NCBI GenBank assembly: GCA_963727485.1
Contig: CAVSGM010000011.1
Coordinates: 608,001 to 672,000, forward strand
Direction of reading: 5' to 3'
Source of the DNA: an uncultured delta proteobacterium
GTDB lineage: Bacteria > Myxococcota > Myxococcia > SLRQ01
DNA: 64,000 nt
Positions within the stretch are counted from its first letter, which is position 1; each line of letters opens with the position of its first letter. The notes beneath the pieces were generated by a model, which was not told the DNA's origin, did no database searches, and saw nothing but the letters and a program-made list of their open reading frames with translations. This document shows positions 63,108 to 64,000 of this stretch, in pieces. Both the position numbers and the translations under genes were made by a program.

Positions 63108-63964
63108 CCGGGCCCCGCCCCCCGCGCGCTCGGGCGGCCCGGCGCCTGGCCACCGCCGCGGGCCTCGCCCTCTGCCTCGCCAGCGCCGGCTGCCCCCCGC
63201 GCTACCACTTCGGCCCCGACGCCTACCACGACCCCGGCGACCTCCTGGTGGCCATGCGCAAGGCCCAGGCCGCCCCGGACCACGTCACCGGCCAGGCCCG
63301 GGTCGACGTGGGCACCCCCAAGGGGGCCTTCGGCGCCGACCACTTCGTCGCCGCGAAGCGCCCCGGCGAGCTCCACCTCGAGACCCTGGGCTTCTTCGGC
63401 AGCCCCCTGGCCCTGGTGGTGGTGCACCAGGACCAGCTCACGGTCTGGGACCTGGGCCACGCCCACGCCTGGCAGGGCCCGGCGACCGCGCAGACCCTGG
63501 GGATGGTGGCCCCGGTGGACCTCGGCCCCGCGGAGGTGGTGGCGCTGCTCCTGGGCACCCCGGCGCTCATCCCCACCGACGTGGTGAGCCTCCACCTCGA
63601 CCACGCCCACCACGCCTACCGCCTCGACGTGGGCACCGGGCCCGCGCGCCAGGTGCTCCTGGTGAACCCCAAGGACGACACCCTGCGCCAGGTCACCTGG
63701 TACCGGGGCGACCAGGAGGTGGCGCGCCTCACCTACGGCCGCTACCGCCGGGCGGGCAAGGGCCTGTTCCCCTACGATCTGACCTACCGGACGGCGGCCG
63801 GGGCCTCGGTGTCGGTGAGCTGGCACGACGTCACCCTCGACGGCGACCTCGACCCGGCCCTCTTCGAGGTGGACCTGCCCCCGAGCGTCACCGTGACCCC
63901 CCTCGACCGGGGTCCGCCGCCGGACGTCCCCACCGTCCTCCCGCCGGCGAAGCCGGGGACGTAA
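63104..63964 (+). CDS. Lipoprotein, LolA/LolB-fold or DUF4292-like
   Basis: Lipobox SAGC; RPGELHLETLGFFG; beta-rich; DPALFEVDLP; GTGA overlap. Confidence 0.72.
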   Translation: MTGPRPPRARAARRLATAAGLALCLASAGCPPRYHFGPDAYHDPGDLLVAMRKAQAAPDHVTGQARVDVGTPKGAFGADHFVAAKRPGELHLETLGFFGSPLALVVVHQDQLTVWDLGHAHAWQGPATAQTLGMVAPVDLGPAEVVALLLGTPALIPTDVVSLHLDHAHHAYRLDVGTGPARQVLLVNPKDDTLRQVTWYRGDQEVARLTYGRYRRAGKGLFPYDLTYRTAAGASVSVSWHDVTLDGDLDPALFEVDLPPSVTVTPLDRGPPPDVPTVLPPAKPGT

Positions 63965-64000
63965 GGGCCCGGAATCGGGTTCTCCGGCAGGTTTCCGGGA

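Overview
Very GC-rich bacterial chromosomal segment, most consistent with Myxococcota or a related deltaproteobacterium (DUF4388, FHA-type enhancer-binding protein, myxobacterial-type small Cys protein). Bases 1-7.7 kb hold the distal spc and alpha ribosomal protein operons (rpsH to rplQ with secY, adk, rpoA; no map or infA). The rest is densely coding: a two-kinase/FecR/receiver cluster, housekeeping genes (dNK, coaBC, UDG, thiD, psuG, rnd, aroF, copA), transporters and hypothetical proteins. No rRNA, tRNA, CRISPR array or mobile element was seen. Main observations: (1) an operon led by a ~1070-aa aminotransferase-GNAT-aminotransferase fusion whose two class-III domains have lost complementary active-site parts, followed by a C45 Ntn-hydrolase, a second class-III aminotransferase and a two-subunit CoA-transferase, a candidate undescribed acetylate/transaminate/deacylate pathway for lysine-like amines; (2) an isolated FliH-FliI-FliJ (SctL-SctN-SctO)-like triad; (3) a tandem pair of unknown paralogues with a coupled Cys-rich secreted protein; (4) a CoaBC with an apparently dead decarboxylase domain and a pseudo-enhancer-binding protein; (5) eight single-base frameshifts, six at or beside GATC, probably read errors that may mark a DNA modification; (6) repeated leaderless-gene promoter geometry. 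All calls come from motif reading by eye, with no database searches.
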